Assembly (NCBI GenBank): GCA_023489275.1
Contig: JAMDDD010000005.1
Coordinates: 1,023 to 65,022 of the forward strand
Direction of reading: 5' to 3'
DNA: 64,000 bases
DNA from: Actinomycetota bacterium
GTDB taxonomy: Bacteria; Actinomycetota; Thermoleophilia; BMS3ABIN01
The notes under the pieces were generated by a model, which saw only the letters and a program-made list of their open reading frames with translations, made no database searches and was not told the DNA's origin. A program made the position numbers and the translations under genes. Positions within the stretch are counted from its first letter, which is position 1, and the number at the start of each line of letters is the position of its first letter. This document shows, piece by piece, positions 9,936-19,340 of this stretch.

Positions 9936-11177
9936 TTAGTGCAGCGACCGGTACAGCTCCATCTGCTCCTTGATTACTTTCGCCAGACGTTTGATGCCTT
10001 CCTCGATTTTGGCCTCGGTCACGCCGCAAAAAGCCAGCCGCATATGGTTTGCCCCGCTGGAGTCAACCCAGCCGCCCGCGCCCGGCACGAAAGCCACTTT
10101 TTGCTCTTCCAGGGCCAGCGCCAGCAGGTCGGCCGTATCCAGGTATTCCGGCAGTGTCACCCAGATGTAAAAGCCTCCCTGCGGATGCGTCCAGGCTGCC
10201 TCTTCCGGGAAATATTCCTGCAGCGCCCGCAGCATGGCGTCGCGGCGCTTCCGGTAGATCCCGGTGACCTTGCGCACGTAATCTCGCCAGTCGGCCTGCT
10301 TGAAATAGTGATTCACCACCATCTGCGCCAGCGTTGAGGGACACAGGTCGGCCGCCTGTTTTCCCAGGTTAAATTTGGACAGGAGCGGCGCCGCCGCCGC
10401 GATCCAGCCGAGCCTGATCCCGGGCGACATTATCTTGGAGAAGGTGCTGATATAAATGACGTTGTCATCATCGTCAAGCGAGTAGAGCGCCGGCAACGGC
10501 TCGCCCTCGAATCGCAGCTGACCGTATGGGTTGTCTTCCAGGATGATCAGCTGCCGCTGCCGGGCCAGCGCGACCAGTTGATGCCGCCGTTCGAGGCTCA
10601 GGGAGACGCCGGCAGGGTTGTGAAAATTTGGTATCACATAAATGAATTTGGGTTTTATTTTCTTTTTTTGTGCCTGATCCAGATACCTTTCGAGCAGATC
10701 GATCCGCAGGCCCTCGTCATCGAGCGGAATCTGGTGCACGTTTGCCTCGAAGCTGCAAAAAGACGGGATGGCGCCCGGGTAAGTTGGCGCTTCGGCGACG
10801 ATCGTGTCCCCGGGATCAACCAGGACGCGGGTGACCAGGTCGATGGCCTGCTGCCCGCCGGTTGTCACGATCAGGTTGTCGATATCAACGTGCATGCCTT
10901 CCGCCGCCATCACCCTGGCGATGTTCATCTTGGTCTCGTCAAAACCTTCCGTCGGACCGTACTGCAGCGCCGCCGCGGAGGAGTTCATCGATATTTCGTG
11001 CGTGATCTTCGCCAGCGTCCTGGCGGGAAAGCTTTCGGTGCTGGGCAGGCCGCCCGCCAGAGTGATGACGTCCGGCCGGGCCGTGACCGCCATCAGGTCC
11101 CGCATCACGGAAGAGCGCAGGCCGCCGGTCCGTTTGGCATAAAATTCTTCATATTTGTCAATGCCGATTTTGGTCAT
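9936..11177 (-). CDS. PLP-dependent aminotransferase class I/II (LysN/ARO8-like)
   Basis: LAGGLP, LQYGPTEG, PNFHNPAG, EDNPYG and TFSKIMSPGIRLGW. Start placed at MTKIG. Confidence 0.9.
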   Translation of the reverse strand: MTKIGIDKYEEFYAKRTGGLRSSVMRDLMAVTARPDVITLAGGLPSTESFPARTLAKITHEISMNSSAAALQYGPTEGFDETKMNIARVMAAEGMHVDIDNLIVTTGGQQAIDLVTRVLVDPGDTIVAEAPTYPGAIPSFCSFEANVHQIPLDDEGLRIDLLERYLDQAQKKKIKPKFIYVIPNFHNPAGVSLSLERRHQLVALARQRQLIILEDNPYGQLRFEGEPLPALYSLDDDDNVIYISTFSKIMSPGIRLGWIAAAAPLLSKFNLGKQAADLCPSTLAQMVVNHYFKQADWRDYVRKVTGIYRKRRDAMLRALQEYFPEEAAWTHPQGGFYIWVTLPEYLDTADLLALALEEQKVAFVPGAGGWVDSSGANHMRLAFCGVTEAKIEEGIKRLAKVIKEQMELYRSLH

Positions 11178-11276
11178 GGCTTTTGATTCTAGTATCGCCG
11201 GTTTCTTTAAGCAACAGGGCGGGAATGGTAAAATTCTCCTCCTGGGAATACCTTTTTTAATTGGCAAGGAGTCAGA

Positions 11277-11849
11277 ATGGCAATCGTTTGGGCAATCGGG
11301 GTCGGGATCGGGCTTGCCGCGCTGGCGGGGCTGCGGCCGCTTATTCCGCTGGCGGTGTTTATTTTATTTGCCCGCCTGGGCTGGGCATGGGGATTCAAAG
11401 TGGAGGGGACGCCGATGGACTGGTTCCATTCGGTTGCTGCCGTCGCCGTCCTCCTGGCGCTGATCATCCTGGAAATCATCCTGACGAGAACAAACCGATC
11501 GCTGGCGCGAGCCGACACGCGGCTGCAACTGCCGTTGGCGATCATCATCGGCGCGCTTGTTTTTGTCGCAATCCTTTCCGGTGAGTTCTCCAGCAACTGG
11601 CGCTGGCTGGCGCTGGCGGCAGGGGTGGTGCTGGCGCTCCTGGGAAATTACGTCCATACGGGCCTGGCGATAACCGGTGGCGGCAAGGATCCGGGGCCGG
11701 CGCTCGATTTTACGGTGGTGATCCTGTCGGTTTTGATGATGCTGGTGCCGCCGGCTGGTTACCTGCTGCTGCTGGTGGTGCTATGGCTTGCTCTCAGGGT
11801 CAGGCGGCTAAAGCGGATGAAATACAAGGGACTCAGGGTCCTGGCTTGA
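11277..11849 (+). CDS. Membrane protein (DUF4126-like)
   Basis: Several hydrophobic segments, GLAALAGLRP N-terminus and an AGGAG RBS. Confidence 0.6.
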   Translation: MAIVWAIGVGIGLAALAGLRPLIPLAVFILFARLGWAWGFKVEGTPMDWFHSVAAVAVLLALIILEIILTRTNRSLARADTRLQLPLAIIIGALVFVAILSGEFSSNWRWLALAAGVVLALLGNYVHTGLAITGGGKDPGPALDFTVVILSVLMMLVPPAGYLLLLVVLWLALRVRRLKRMKYKGLRVLA

Positions 11850-11895
11850 GAGCCGGTCCCGGAATCTAACTACCGGGACAGGCAAGGGAGAATCC

Positions 11896-12189
11896 TTGAG
11901 GAGAATTCCCATCAAACGTGCTCATGTCTACATTTCCGGCCGCGTCCAGGGCGTTTTTTTCCGGTCCTGGACTGCCGAGCAGGCGCGCCGGCTGGGTCTG
12001 GGCGGCTGGGTTCGCAATTGTCACGACGGTCGCGTCGAGGCGGTGTTTGAAGGCCCAGCGGCCAGCGTTGATCTGATGGTGAAGTCAAGCCATGAGGGGC
12101 CGGCGCACGCCCGGGTCGATACGATTCTGGATGATTACAGCGAGCCGCCGGAGGGGCTGACCGGGTTCCAGGTGAGGCCGTCTGCCTGA
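11896..12189 (+). CDS. acyP: Acylphosphatase
   Basis: SGRVQGVFFR, GWVRN and GRVEAVFEG signature motifs. Confidence 0.92.
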   Translation: MRRIPIKRAHVYISGRVQGVFFRSWTAEQARRLGLGGWVRNCHDGRVEAVFEGPAASVDLMVKSSHEGPAHARVDTILDDYSEPPEGLTGFQVRPSA

Positions 12190-12300
12190 TTCGATGATTC
12201 CCGGTCAAATCCCCACGATTCTTCGCCGCCCTGGGCGGCCCGGAATGACCATTCCATCTGTTATCCGGACTTGCCGGGAGAATACCTGGCGACCGGATGA

Positions 12301-13119
12301 TCAGCCTTGGTGATGATCGTGCCCCTCGACGTGGCTGTGCGGATGAAGATGCTCGATTCCCGCGTGCATATGCGGATGATGATGCACCAGGTTTGCCGCC
12401 ATCAGCAGGTCCTGGTCGGCCAGGACAGTGAGAGCGTCACCATCGCCCGCCACCCGGTGGTCCTCACCGAGGACGACCGCCCGGCGGGCCAGAAACGGCA
12501 CTATCCGCAGGTCCTGGGTGGCGGTGATGATCGTCTTTCCGGCGCGGTTGATCTCTTTTATCAACTGAAGCAGGAAAGCCTCGGTTTTGGGATCGAGCCC
12601 CGCGGTGGGCTCATCAAACAGAAGCACGTCCGGATTGATCGCCAGCACCGACGCCAGCGCCACTTTTTTTTTCTCGCCGCCGCTGAGGTGAAACGGCGGG
12701 CGCTCGCGCAGGTGGTCCAGGCCGAGAATATGGATGGTATCGTTGACGCGCCTGTCAATTTCTGCTGGCGGCAGGCCCAGGTGGAGCGGGCCAAACGCAA
12801 TCTCTTCCAGGACGTTGGGGGAGAAGAGCTGCGCGTCGGAATTCTGGAAGACAAAACCAACCCGGCGGCGGAACGCCTGGGAAAAACCTTCGTCCAGCAG
12901 CGCCGCTTCCGTCAGCGGCTCGCCAAACGCGCTTACTGAGCCGCGGCTGGGAAAGACCAGCCCGTCAAGCATCATCAGCAGCGTCGACTTGCCGGAGCCG
13001 TTCGCGCCCAGGAGGGCAACGCTCTCACCCGGGTCGACTTTGAAGCTGACGCCGGCCAGCGCCACCGCGTCCTCGTAGCTGTATTCAACTGCCTTAATGT
13101 CAAAAATTGCGTCGTTCAT
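12301..13119 (-). CDS. cbiO: ECF transporter ATPase CbiO/NikO with His-rich tail
   Basis: GANGSGKST, LSGGEKK and DEPT motifs; C-terminal HHHPHMH..HLHPHSH..HDHH. Confidence 0.9.
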   Translation of the reverse strand: MNDAIFDIKAVEYSYEDAVALAGVSFKVDPGESVALLGANGSGKSTLLMMLDGLVFPSRGSVSAFGEPLTEAALLDEGFSQAFRRRVGFVFQNSDAQLFSPNVLEEIAFGPLHLGLPPAEIDRRVNDTIHILGLDHLRERPPFHLSGGEKKKVALASVLAINPDVLLFDEPTAGLDPKTEAFLLQLIKEINRAGKTIITATQDLRIVPFLARRAVVLGEDHRVAGDGDALTVLADQDLLMAANLVHHHPHMHAGIEHLHPHSHVEGHDHHQG

Positions 13120-13146
13120 TAACCTGTAATGTTATTCTAAGTTGTG

Positions 13147-14100
13147 TCATCCGAGGGCGCGGTCCGCGCCCCAGGCAACCAGTGCGATGACCACTGCGGC
13201 CGCGAACACCGCCCAGTCGGCGGTCCGGGCGCGGAACCGCCGCAAGGCCACCGGCTCGCCGTTGTAGCCGCGGCTGACCATGGCGGCGTAGATTTCGTTG
13301 CTGAGAGAGTGTGATTTGCCGAGCAGCGTTCCCATGCTGGCGGCGGCAAAATGGCGATCTTCCCTGGGATTGGAGGGGCCGACCATGCGGCTGCGCCGCG
13401 CCGTGAACATGTCTGAGGCCAGGCTGAGCAGCAGGAAGATGTAGCGGTACGTCATGGACAGGGTGAGGATGAAAACCCGGGGCACGTAAAAGACGCGCAG
13501 GGCCTTCAGCAGGTCAGACCAGCGGGTGGTAAGCGCCAAGAGCACCGCCAGGGACACCGAGACCGCCACCCTGAGGATGAGAATGGCGGCGCCCTCCAGC
13601 CCCTGTTTGGTGATGGCGACGGAATCTCCCAGCGACCACGGGCCCAGGTGAACTTCATGGCCAAAATTCCAGATCGTGACCAGCGGATCTCCAGCTTTGA
13701 CAACATTGAATATACTCGGCGCTACGATAATGCCGGCGAAGATCGGGATAAATAGCCAGACCCGTTTTATAAAGAATCCAAGCGAGAGCCGGGAGGCTGC
13801 GGCTCCGGCCAGCGTTACGGCGTACATGCCCAGCAGAATCAGAGGCTGGCGGATCACGGCTGTCGCCAGCAGCAGGCCCAACAGGCCGGCCGTCTTTGCC
13901 CGCGGATCTGCTTTCTGAAGCAATCCGGGGCGCGCGGCAACCTGCTCAGAAAATACACTGTTTTTCAACGCCCGGGTGAGGTTTTGGATAGTTCTCTCCA
14001 CGGCGCTGCGCTTGCGCGTCCGTCCGATGCGGCAACAGGCGCAAGTGGCCGGCCCGGTACCTCTCATCCAGGCAGGGGCTGTGGAGAGCGGCTTAGGCAC
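13147..14100 (-). CDS. cbiQ: ECF transporter T component CbiQ/NikQ
   Basis: DPRAK, TYRYIFLL and AMVSRGY motifs; operon context. Confidence 0.88.
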   Translation of the reverse strand: MPKPLSTAPAWMRGTGPATCACCRIGRTRKRSAVERTIQNLTRALKNSVFSEQVAARPGLLQKADPRAKTAGLLGLLLATAVIRQPLILLGMYAVTLAGAAASRLSLGFFIKRVWLFIPIFAGIIVAPSIFNVVKAGDPLVTIWNFGHEVHLGPWSLGDSVAITKQGLEGAAILILRVAVSVSLAVLLALTTRWSDLLKALRVFYVPRVFILTLSMTYRYIFLLLSLASDMFTARRSRMVGPSNPREDRHFAAASMGTLLGKSHSLSNEIYAAMVSRGYNGEPVALRRFRARTADWAVFAAAVVIALVAWGADRALG

Positions 14101-15109
14101 TTTTGCCGCTCCGGCGGGAAAGAAACGTGACGATCAGGAAAGTAATGGCGCCGATGATGGCCACACCCACAACGCCGGAAACCAGGTAGCCGGGCACCGA
14201 TGACCAGAAACCGCCCTGGGCGCCGTAGCCGGGAAGAATTCCGCGCCAAATTCCTGCAAACCTTCTCATGCCCTCGGGAACGAAACCAAAGCGCTGCCGG
14301 ATTTCAGCCGGGCTCCACTCGCCCCAGGCGGTGGCGCTGGCGATCAGCCCCAACGGCACAAATATCAGCATTAGCAGCAGTCCTATAATTAGTGGTTTTA
14401 GCCGGAAACCTCCACCTGCGTCTGGTGCGGGCGCGGCTGCGCCGCCCAGTAATCCCGGGTGGGCCCGTTGCAAGTAAAGCACTGCCAGGGAGGTGACAGC
14501 CAGCTCGATAAACCCGATCACCGTCGAGTGCACCAGCATCATCGCCGGAATTGTTTGCGATAATCCATACGGCGAGTAAAAGGGAGTGCCGTCGGCGGCA
14601 TGGAAAAGCCCGGGCTGAATCCCGACCTCCACGGCGGTCATAAAGGCAGCCAAATTGATGCCGGCATAAGCGCCTATGCCTGCTCCTATCCAGCGGCGCG
14701 CCCCGCTTGCCGGAGCGCCGGCAGAGAGCAGCCTGTATATAAAATACCCGCTTACCGGCAAAACAAAGGCCATGTTAAAACAGTTGGCGCCGATAGCAAT
14801 AATGCCGCCGTCGCCAAAAAAAAGCGCCTGGATCACCAGCGCCACGGTGACGGAGATGATGGCTGCCCAGGGCCCCAGAACCACGGCCACCAGGGTGCCG
14901 CCTACCGCGTGCCCGGAAGTGCCCCCGGGGACCGGCACGTTAAACATCATGATGACGAACGTGAACGCAGCCCCGATCGCCACCAGCGGCGCCTGCTTGG
15001 CTTTAAGAACTTTTTTTACCTTGTAAGCGGCCGTGTACCAGACCGGCACCATTATTGCCCACAGCCCGCCTGCTGTTTGCGGGCTTATGTAGCCGTCGGG
15101 TATATGCAT
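14093..15109 (-). CDS. cbiM: ECF S component CbiM/NikMN (fused PDGLE-type domain)
   Basis: Starts MHIPDG (metal-binding N-terminus) after the RBS GGAGAAG; GGTSGHAVG, LFFGDGG and AWGEW motifs. Confidence 0.9.
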   Translation of the reverse strand: MHIPDGYISPQTAGGLWAIMVPVWYTAAYKVKKVLKAKQAPLVAIGAAFTFVIMMFNVPVPGGTSGHAVGGTLVAVVLGPWAAIISVTVALVIQALFFGDGGIIAIGANCFNMAFVLPVSGYFIYRLLSAGAPASGARRWIGAGIGAYAGINLAAFMTAVEVGIQPGLFHAADGTPFYSPYGLSQTIPAMMLVHSTVIGFIELAVTSLAVLYLQRAHPGLLGGAAAPAPDAGGGFRLKPLIIGLLLMLIFVPLGLIASATAWGEWSPAEIRQRFGFVPEGMRRFAGIWRGILPGYGAQGGFWSSVPGYLVSGVVGVAIIGAITFLIVTFLSRRSGKSA

Positions 15110-15247
15110 CTGTTCTTCTCCTTTCGGTTCCCTGTCGTAGGCCGGGAGCCAAAGCCACATGAAGACCGGCGCCGCCTGCTGGCGGCAGCTGGGGCCTTCG
15201 TGGCCCGCCGGGGCACACTGATCGTGCCCCCGTCAAACGGAAGGAGT

Positions 15248-15433
15248 CTAGCGGGTCAGATATGCCTTGTGCTCCAGGAGCTTCAGCTCCTGGAGCTTTG
15301 CCTCCACAATCTTTTGTTGCCCCAGAAGATCGGTCAGCACCAGGCGGTCGCCGTCCGGTGTGATTGTGGCCACATCTTCCATGACCATTTCTTCCCGATC
15401 CTGATCTAGAAGATAAACAGTCAACTCACACAT
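15248..15433 (-). CDS. cooT: CooT family nickel-binding protein
   Basis: 61 aa with an MCE N-terminus, MEDV, DLLG and a C-terminal LLEH; GAGGAGG RBS. Confidence 0.8.
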   Translation of the reverse strand: MCELTVYLLDQDREEMVMEDVATITPDGDRLVLTDLLGQQKIVEAKLQELKLLEHKAYLTR

Positions 15434-15887
15434 CAGTGTTCACCTCCTCACCGTTCGCCAATATCTGCTTCACCATGTCGATCGCTTCTTCCATCAAATG
15501 TGGCAGAGGCTGGTGGCTGACGCCCACGAATGCGACTTTGAGCTGGCCCAGGGGGAGGAGTATCTTCCGGGCTCGGGACGAGGAAATAGCAGCCGCCATG
15601 CCCGCTGTCAGCTCCCCCAGGTAAGAGTTGGGAATGACCGCCGCGATAGGTGCCACGACTATATCTGCCTGGGATATCGACACCCGGATGGCGTTCTCCC
15701 CGGTTGCGCCTCTGCTGGCGCGGGCCTTCATCATGTTGGCAGTGGCGGCGGAGTTGGTCCCAAAGACCATGATCTCAATGTCCCCGGGCAGCTCACGCCT
15801 CAGTTGGCTCACAATCTGGTGACCAATGTTGCCGCCCATGCCGTCGATCACGGCTATTACCGGTTTCTTTCTCATGATGAATGACAC
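15426..15887 (-). CDS. DUF3842 family protein
   Basis: IAVIDGMGG, GTNSAAT, GATGENA and GELT..MA.AI..S.A.KIL motifs. Confidence 0.8.
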   Translation of the reverse strand: MSFIMRKKPVIAVIDGMGGNIGHQIVSQLRRELPGDIEIMVFGTNSAATANMMKARASRGATGENAIRVSISQADIVVAPIAAVIPNSYLGELTAGMAAAISSSRARKILLPLGQLKVAFVGVSHQPLPHLMEEAIDMVKQILANGEEVNTDV

Positions 15888-15892
15888 CTTTC

Positions 15893-15950
15893 AAAAACGC
15901 AAAAAACCCCGAAGCCGGGAGCCCAGCGGCTCTTCCTGACCTTCGAGGTC
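15893..15950 (-). terminator. Intrinsic terminator inside the 5' leader of the DUF3842-cooT-cbiMQO operon
   Basis: Minus strand reads CCTCGAAGGTCAGGA...TCCCGGCTTCGGGG followed by TTTTTTGCGTTTTT, just before the RBS. Confidence 0.6.
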
Positions 15951-16018
15951 GGATTGATCACAAAAATTAAGTTACGGAGCTTCGGCTCTCTGACAAGAGG
16001 CTACAGCCTCCCAAAATC

Positions 16019-16047
16019 AGTATAGCCGGTCGGTGGCGGCGGGGCAA
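16019..16047 (-). promoter_or_regulatory. Sigma70-type promoter of the nickel operon
   Basis: Minus strand TTGCCC-N17-TATACT. Confidence 0.6.
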
Positions 16048-16189
16048 CCGGGTCGTACCGGGCATCCTGCCGCTGACTCACGGCAGCGGACAGCCAATGG
16101 CTCCCGCCGGCTAAATATCCACGGCCAGGTTGCCGACAGCAGGTATATCCTGCCCGCTTTAAAAGCGTGGTTTAACCGACCCCAGGGGG

Positions 16190-16582
16190 ATGCCGGAAAT
16201 GATTGATGAAAAAGTACTGGTAGTGGATGATGAAGAAGTAATCCGCGATGTTTGCGCCGAGATACTCGCGGGCGAAGGATATCAGGTCACGACAGCCTCA
16301 ACGGGTCAGGAAGCGCTCCATCTCGTCAGCGAGAACAGCTACGACGCGGTCGTCACGGATATCATGATGCCGGACATGTCGGGGCTGGAGCTGCTCGAGG
16401 TTATCCGGAGCACAAGCATTGACGTCAGCGCCATAGTTATCACCGGCCTGGGCACCTTTGACATGGCTACCCAGTCGGACAGGCTGGGCGCCCGCGAATT
16501 CGTGGTCAAGCCCTTTACGCCCCTCGAGCTAAGCCGCGCCGTGAGCAAGGCCCTGGCCGGGAAGAATTCCAAAGCCGTGTAA
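16190..16582 (+). CDS. Single-domain response regulator receiver (CheY-like)
   Basis: VLVVDDE, TDIMMPDMSG and KPF motifs; no output domain. Confidence 0.9.
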   Translation: MPEMIDEKVLVVDDEEVIRDVCAEILAGEGYQVTTASTGQEALHLVSENSYDAVVTDIMMPDMSGLELLEVIRSTSIDVSAIVITGLGTFDMATQSDRLGAREFVVKPFTPLELSRAVSKALAGKNSKAV

Positions 16583-16620
16583 CGGGCTTCCCGGGTCGCA
16601 CCGCGTCGCGAGCAGCGGAA

Positions 16621-17331
16621 CTAGCCCGGCCGTAACCGCAGCTTCCACACCAGCAGCGCCGCTTCGTACACTATCCGCCGGGACATTTTGGACTGCCCCA
16701 GCTCCCTGTCGGCGAAAGTAATCGGGATCTCCTTAACCCGGAATCCTTTTCGGAGGGCCTGATACGTGAGCTCGATCTGGAATCCGTAACCCTGTGAAGA
16801 AACCGCGTTCAGATCAAGCGTTTCCAGCACCTGGCGGCGGAAACATTTCAGCCCCCCGGTCAGGTCATTTATCTTCACTCCCAGAATCATTTTGGCATAC
16901 ATGCCGCCGCCGCGGCTGATGAGCCTCCGCCCGAGGCCCCAGTTCTCCACGCGCCCGCCCGCCACATAACGGGAGCCAATGACGAGATCGGCGTCTTCGG
17001 CCGCGTCCAGCAAGACAGGCAGATATGCCGGATCATGCGAGAAGTCGCAGTCCATCTCGAGGATAAAATCAGTGTCGGTCTTAAGCGCCTCTTTAAAACC
17101 GGCCAGATACGCCGGGCCGATCCCCTGCTTTTCCGACCGGTGGAGGACAGACAGGTTACCGTATTGCCCGGCCAGCCGGTCAGCAATCTCGCCGGTCCCG
17201 TCCGGGGAGTTGTCGTCGACGACAATGATGCGCCCGCCGAGCCCGCCGGCAGCGAATACTTCCTGAAGCTTACTGACAAAGCGCTCCAGGTTCTCGCACT
17301 CGTTATACGTAGGCAGGATAATTGTGAACAT
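16621..17331 (-). CDS. Polyprenol monophosphomannose synthase (GT2, Ppm1/DPM1-like)
   Basis: PTYNE, VDDNSPDGT, MDCDFSHDP, GYGFQIE and DRELGQSKMS motifs. Confidence 0.9.
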   Translation of the reverse strand: MFTIILPTYNECENLERFVSKLQEVFAAGGLGGRIIVVDDNSPDGTGEIADRLAGQYGNLSVLHRSEKQGIGPAYLAGFKEALKTDTDFILEMDCDFSHDPAYLPVLLDAAEDADLVIGSRYVAGGRVENWGLGRRLISRGGGMYAKMILGVKINDLTGGLKCFRRQVLETLDLNAVSSQGYGFQIELTYQALRKGFRVKEIPITFADRELGQSKMSRRIVYEAALLVWKLRLRPG

Positions 17332-17448
17332 GATCTTGAAAAGAAAAAGCCCGGGCGAACCACCTGAAACAAATCTAGCGGTTTTTACCTGAAAAAGGAA
17401 CTGCCGCCGAATTCCCGCAACGCGAAACCGGAAACTGGAAACTCGTTT

Positions 17449-18225
17449 TTACTTGACCAGCCTCCGGTACATGCTCCTTACCGCCAGCTCCGTCAGGATG
17501 AGCGTCGTTCCCAGCCCGTAGGCGGCTTCCAGAAGCAGCTTCCAGGAGTAGCGGTCCAGCATCACCGAGCGGGTAATATCGATAAAGCTGGTAAAAGGAA
17601 TCGCCCAGGCGACCAGCTGCAGCGCTTCCGGAAACCGCGAGATGGGGAAAAAGGTATCGCAGAGGAACTGTGCCGGGAGCACGAAACCCGCGAAGTAAAA
17701 ACGGAAGTACTCCATCTGTGCGATGCGGCTTGTCACCAGGATGGCGATGGCGGCAAAGTTGAACGATGCCGCGAACATGATGAAAGGGATAAAAACCGAT
17801 TGCCAGTGGTTGATGATTCCCAGTGTCAGCAATATGCTCAGAACCAGCACCGAATTGACGAAGCCGCGGGTCGCTCCCCAAAGAATTTCCGCCAGGCTGA
17901 CTTCGCCGGCGCTGACCGGCGTCGAGATGATGCCCTCAAACGTGTTCTGGATCTTCATCCGGAAGAAGGAGCCGTAAGTGCATTCAAAAGTGGCCTGCAT
18001 GATGGCGGCGCTCCCCAGGATGCCCGCGGCGACAAATTTAATGTACGGCACCCCTTCGATATGGGAGATGTAGGAGCCGATTCCCAGCCCGAAAATGAAG
18101 ATGAACAGCATCGGCTCCACCAGCGCCGGGATGATGTTGAACTTAAGCAGCGCCACATAAACCTGGGCGTTGCGCAGCCAAACGCGCAGGAAAGCCGGCG
18201 TCACCGAGAGCAGGCCTTCGGTCAT
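17449..18225 (-). CDS. ABC-2 type permease (NodJ-like)
   Basis: EP..F.FGLGIG and FECTYGSF motifs with about six TM segments; start overlaps the stop of the ATPase gene. Confidence 0.85.
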   Translation of the reverse strand: MTEGLLSVTPAFLRVWLRNAQVYVALLKFNIIPALVEPMLFIFIFGLGIGSYISHIEGVPYIKFVAAGILGSAAIMQATFECTYGSFFRMKIQNTFEGIISTPVSAGEVSLAEILWGATRGFVNSVLVLSILLTLGIINHWQSVFIPFIMFAASFNFAAIAILVTSRIAQMEYFRFYFAGFVLPAQFLCDTFFPISRFPEALQLVAWAIPFTSFIDITRSVMLDRYSWKLLLEAAYGLGTTLILTELAVRSMYRRLVK

Positions 18226-19139
18226 AACCGGATCTCCCTGCCGGTCAGTTTCAGGAAGACATCTTCCAGGGATGCCGGCCTGATGATGTGATCGGCTTGA
18301 GGCCATGCGGCCAGCATCTGGTCAAAATCACTGGGGGAGCCGCCGTATATGTAGAGGTTCTGGCCGCTCTCCTGGTGACTGACCTCGGGAAAGCGCCCCA
18401 GGATCTCCCCGGCGAGGGCCCGGTCAGCTCTGAGCTCGAGCACGAACGGCGGCACGTGCTTCCGGATTAGCTCCTCGGGGCTGCCTTCGTCGACCCGCCG
18501 GGACTGGTCCATGATCACGATCTCGTCGCACAGCTTCTGCGCTTCGTCCATGTAATGGGTCGTGATTAGCAGCGTTATGCCACGCTCCTTGAGTTCGAGC
18601 AACCGGTCCCAGATGAGGTGGCGCACCTGCGGATCGAGGCCGGTTGTGGGCTCATCCAGAATGATCAGCTCCGGGTCGTTGATGAGCGCCCGCGCCAGAA
18701 TCAGGCGCCGCTTCATGCCGCCGGAGAGCGACGGGACCGGAGTGCCGGCCCTGTCACCGAGATGCATGAAATCAAGCAGATCCCGGCCGCGGCGCCGGGC
18801 CGCCTCGCGGGGCATACCGAAATAACGGGCATAGACCATCAGATTCTGCCAGGTGGTCAGATCGGGGTCGAGATTGTTTTCCTGCGGCACGACTCCCAGC
18901 CGCGCCTTGATCTGACGGGGCGATTCAATCACATCCATACTGAAGACCTTCAAGGAGCCGGACGTGGGCCGGACGATGCAGTAGATCATCTTCATCGTCG
19001 TCGTCTTGCCGGCGCCGTTGGGACCGACAAATCCGTAGCAGCGTCCCCGGGCGACTTCAAAGTCGAGCGACTCGACGGCGACGACTTCGCCGTAACGCTT
19101 ATGCAGCGATCGGGCTTGAACGACCATGGCTTGGTTCAA
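18222..19139 (-). CDS. ABC transporter ATP-binding protein (NodI-like)
   Basis: GPNGAGKTT, LSGGMKRRL, LDEPTTGLDPQ and TTHYMDEA motifs. Confidence 0.9.
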   Translation of the reverse strand: MNQAMVVQARSLHKRYGEVVAVESLDFEVARGRCYGFVGPNGAGKTTTMKMIYCIVRPTSGSLKVFSMDVIESPRQIKARLGVVPQENNLDPDLTTWQNLMVYARYFGMPREAARRRGRDLLDFMHLGDRAGTPVPSLSGGMKRRLILARALINDPELIILDEPTTGLDPQVRHLIWDRLLELKERGITLLITTHYMDEAQKLCDEIVIMDQSRRVDEGSPEELIRKHVPPFVLELRADRALAGEILGRFPEVSHQESGQNLYIYGGSPSDFDQMLAAWPQADHIIRPASLEDVFLKLTGREIRL

Positions 19140-19308
19140 AGTTTAAAGTTCCAGGTTTTCAGGTTCCGGGGATTGGTTTGATTAAATTTTTAAATTCCAT
19201 CACTGAACATGACCCTCCGGTTATTCCCGCAGAGGAACGAGGTTGAATCAAATCAGTCAGACAAGATTCTAAATGACTGCCTGATCATTTAGGGAAATTT
19301 TCATAAAA

Positions 19309-19323
19309 TACAAGTATCTTGTA
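19309..19323 (+). promoter_or_regulatory. Palindromic candidate operator upstream of copA
   Basis: TACAAG-TAT-CTTGTA in an AT-rich stretch about 20 nt before the start codon. Confidence 0.3.
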
Positions 19324-19340
19324 ATAAATATCTGTAATCT

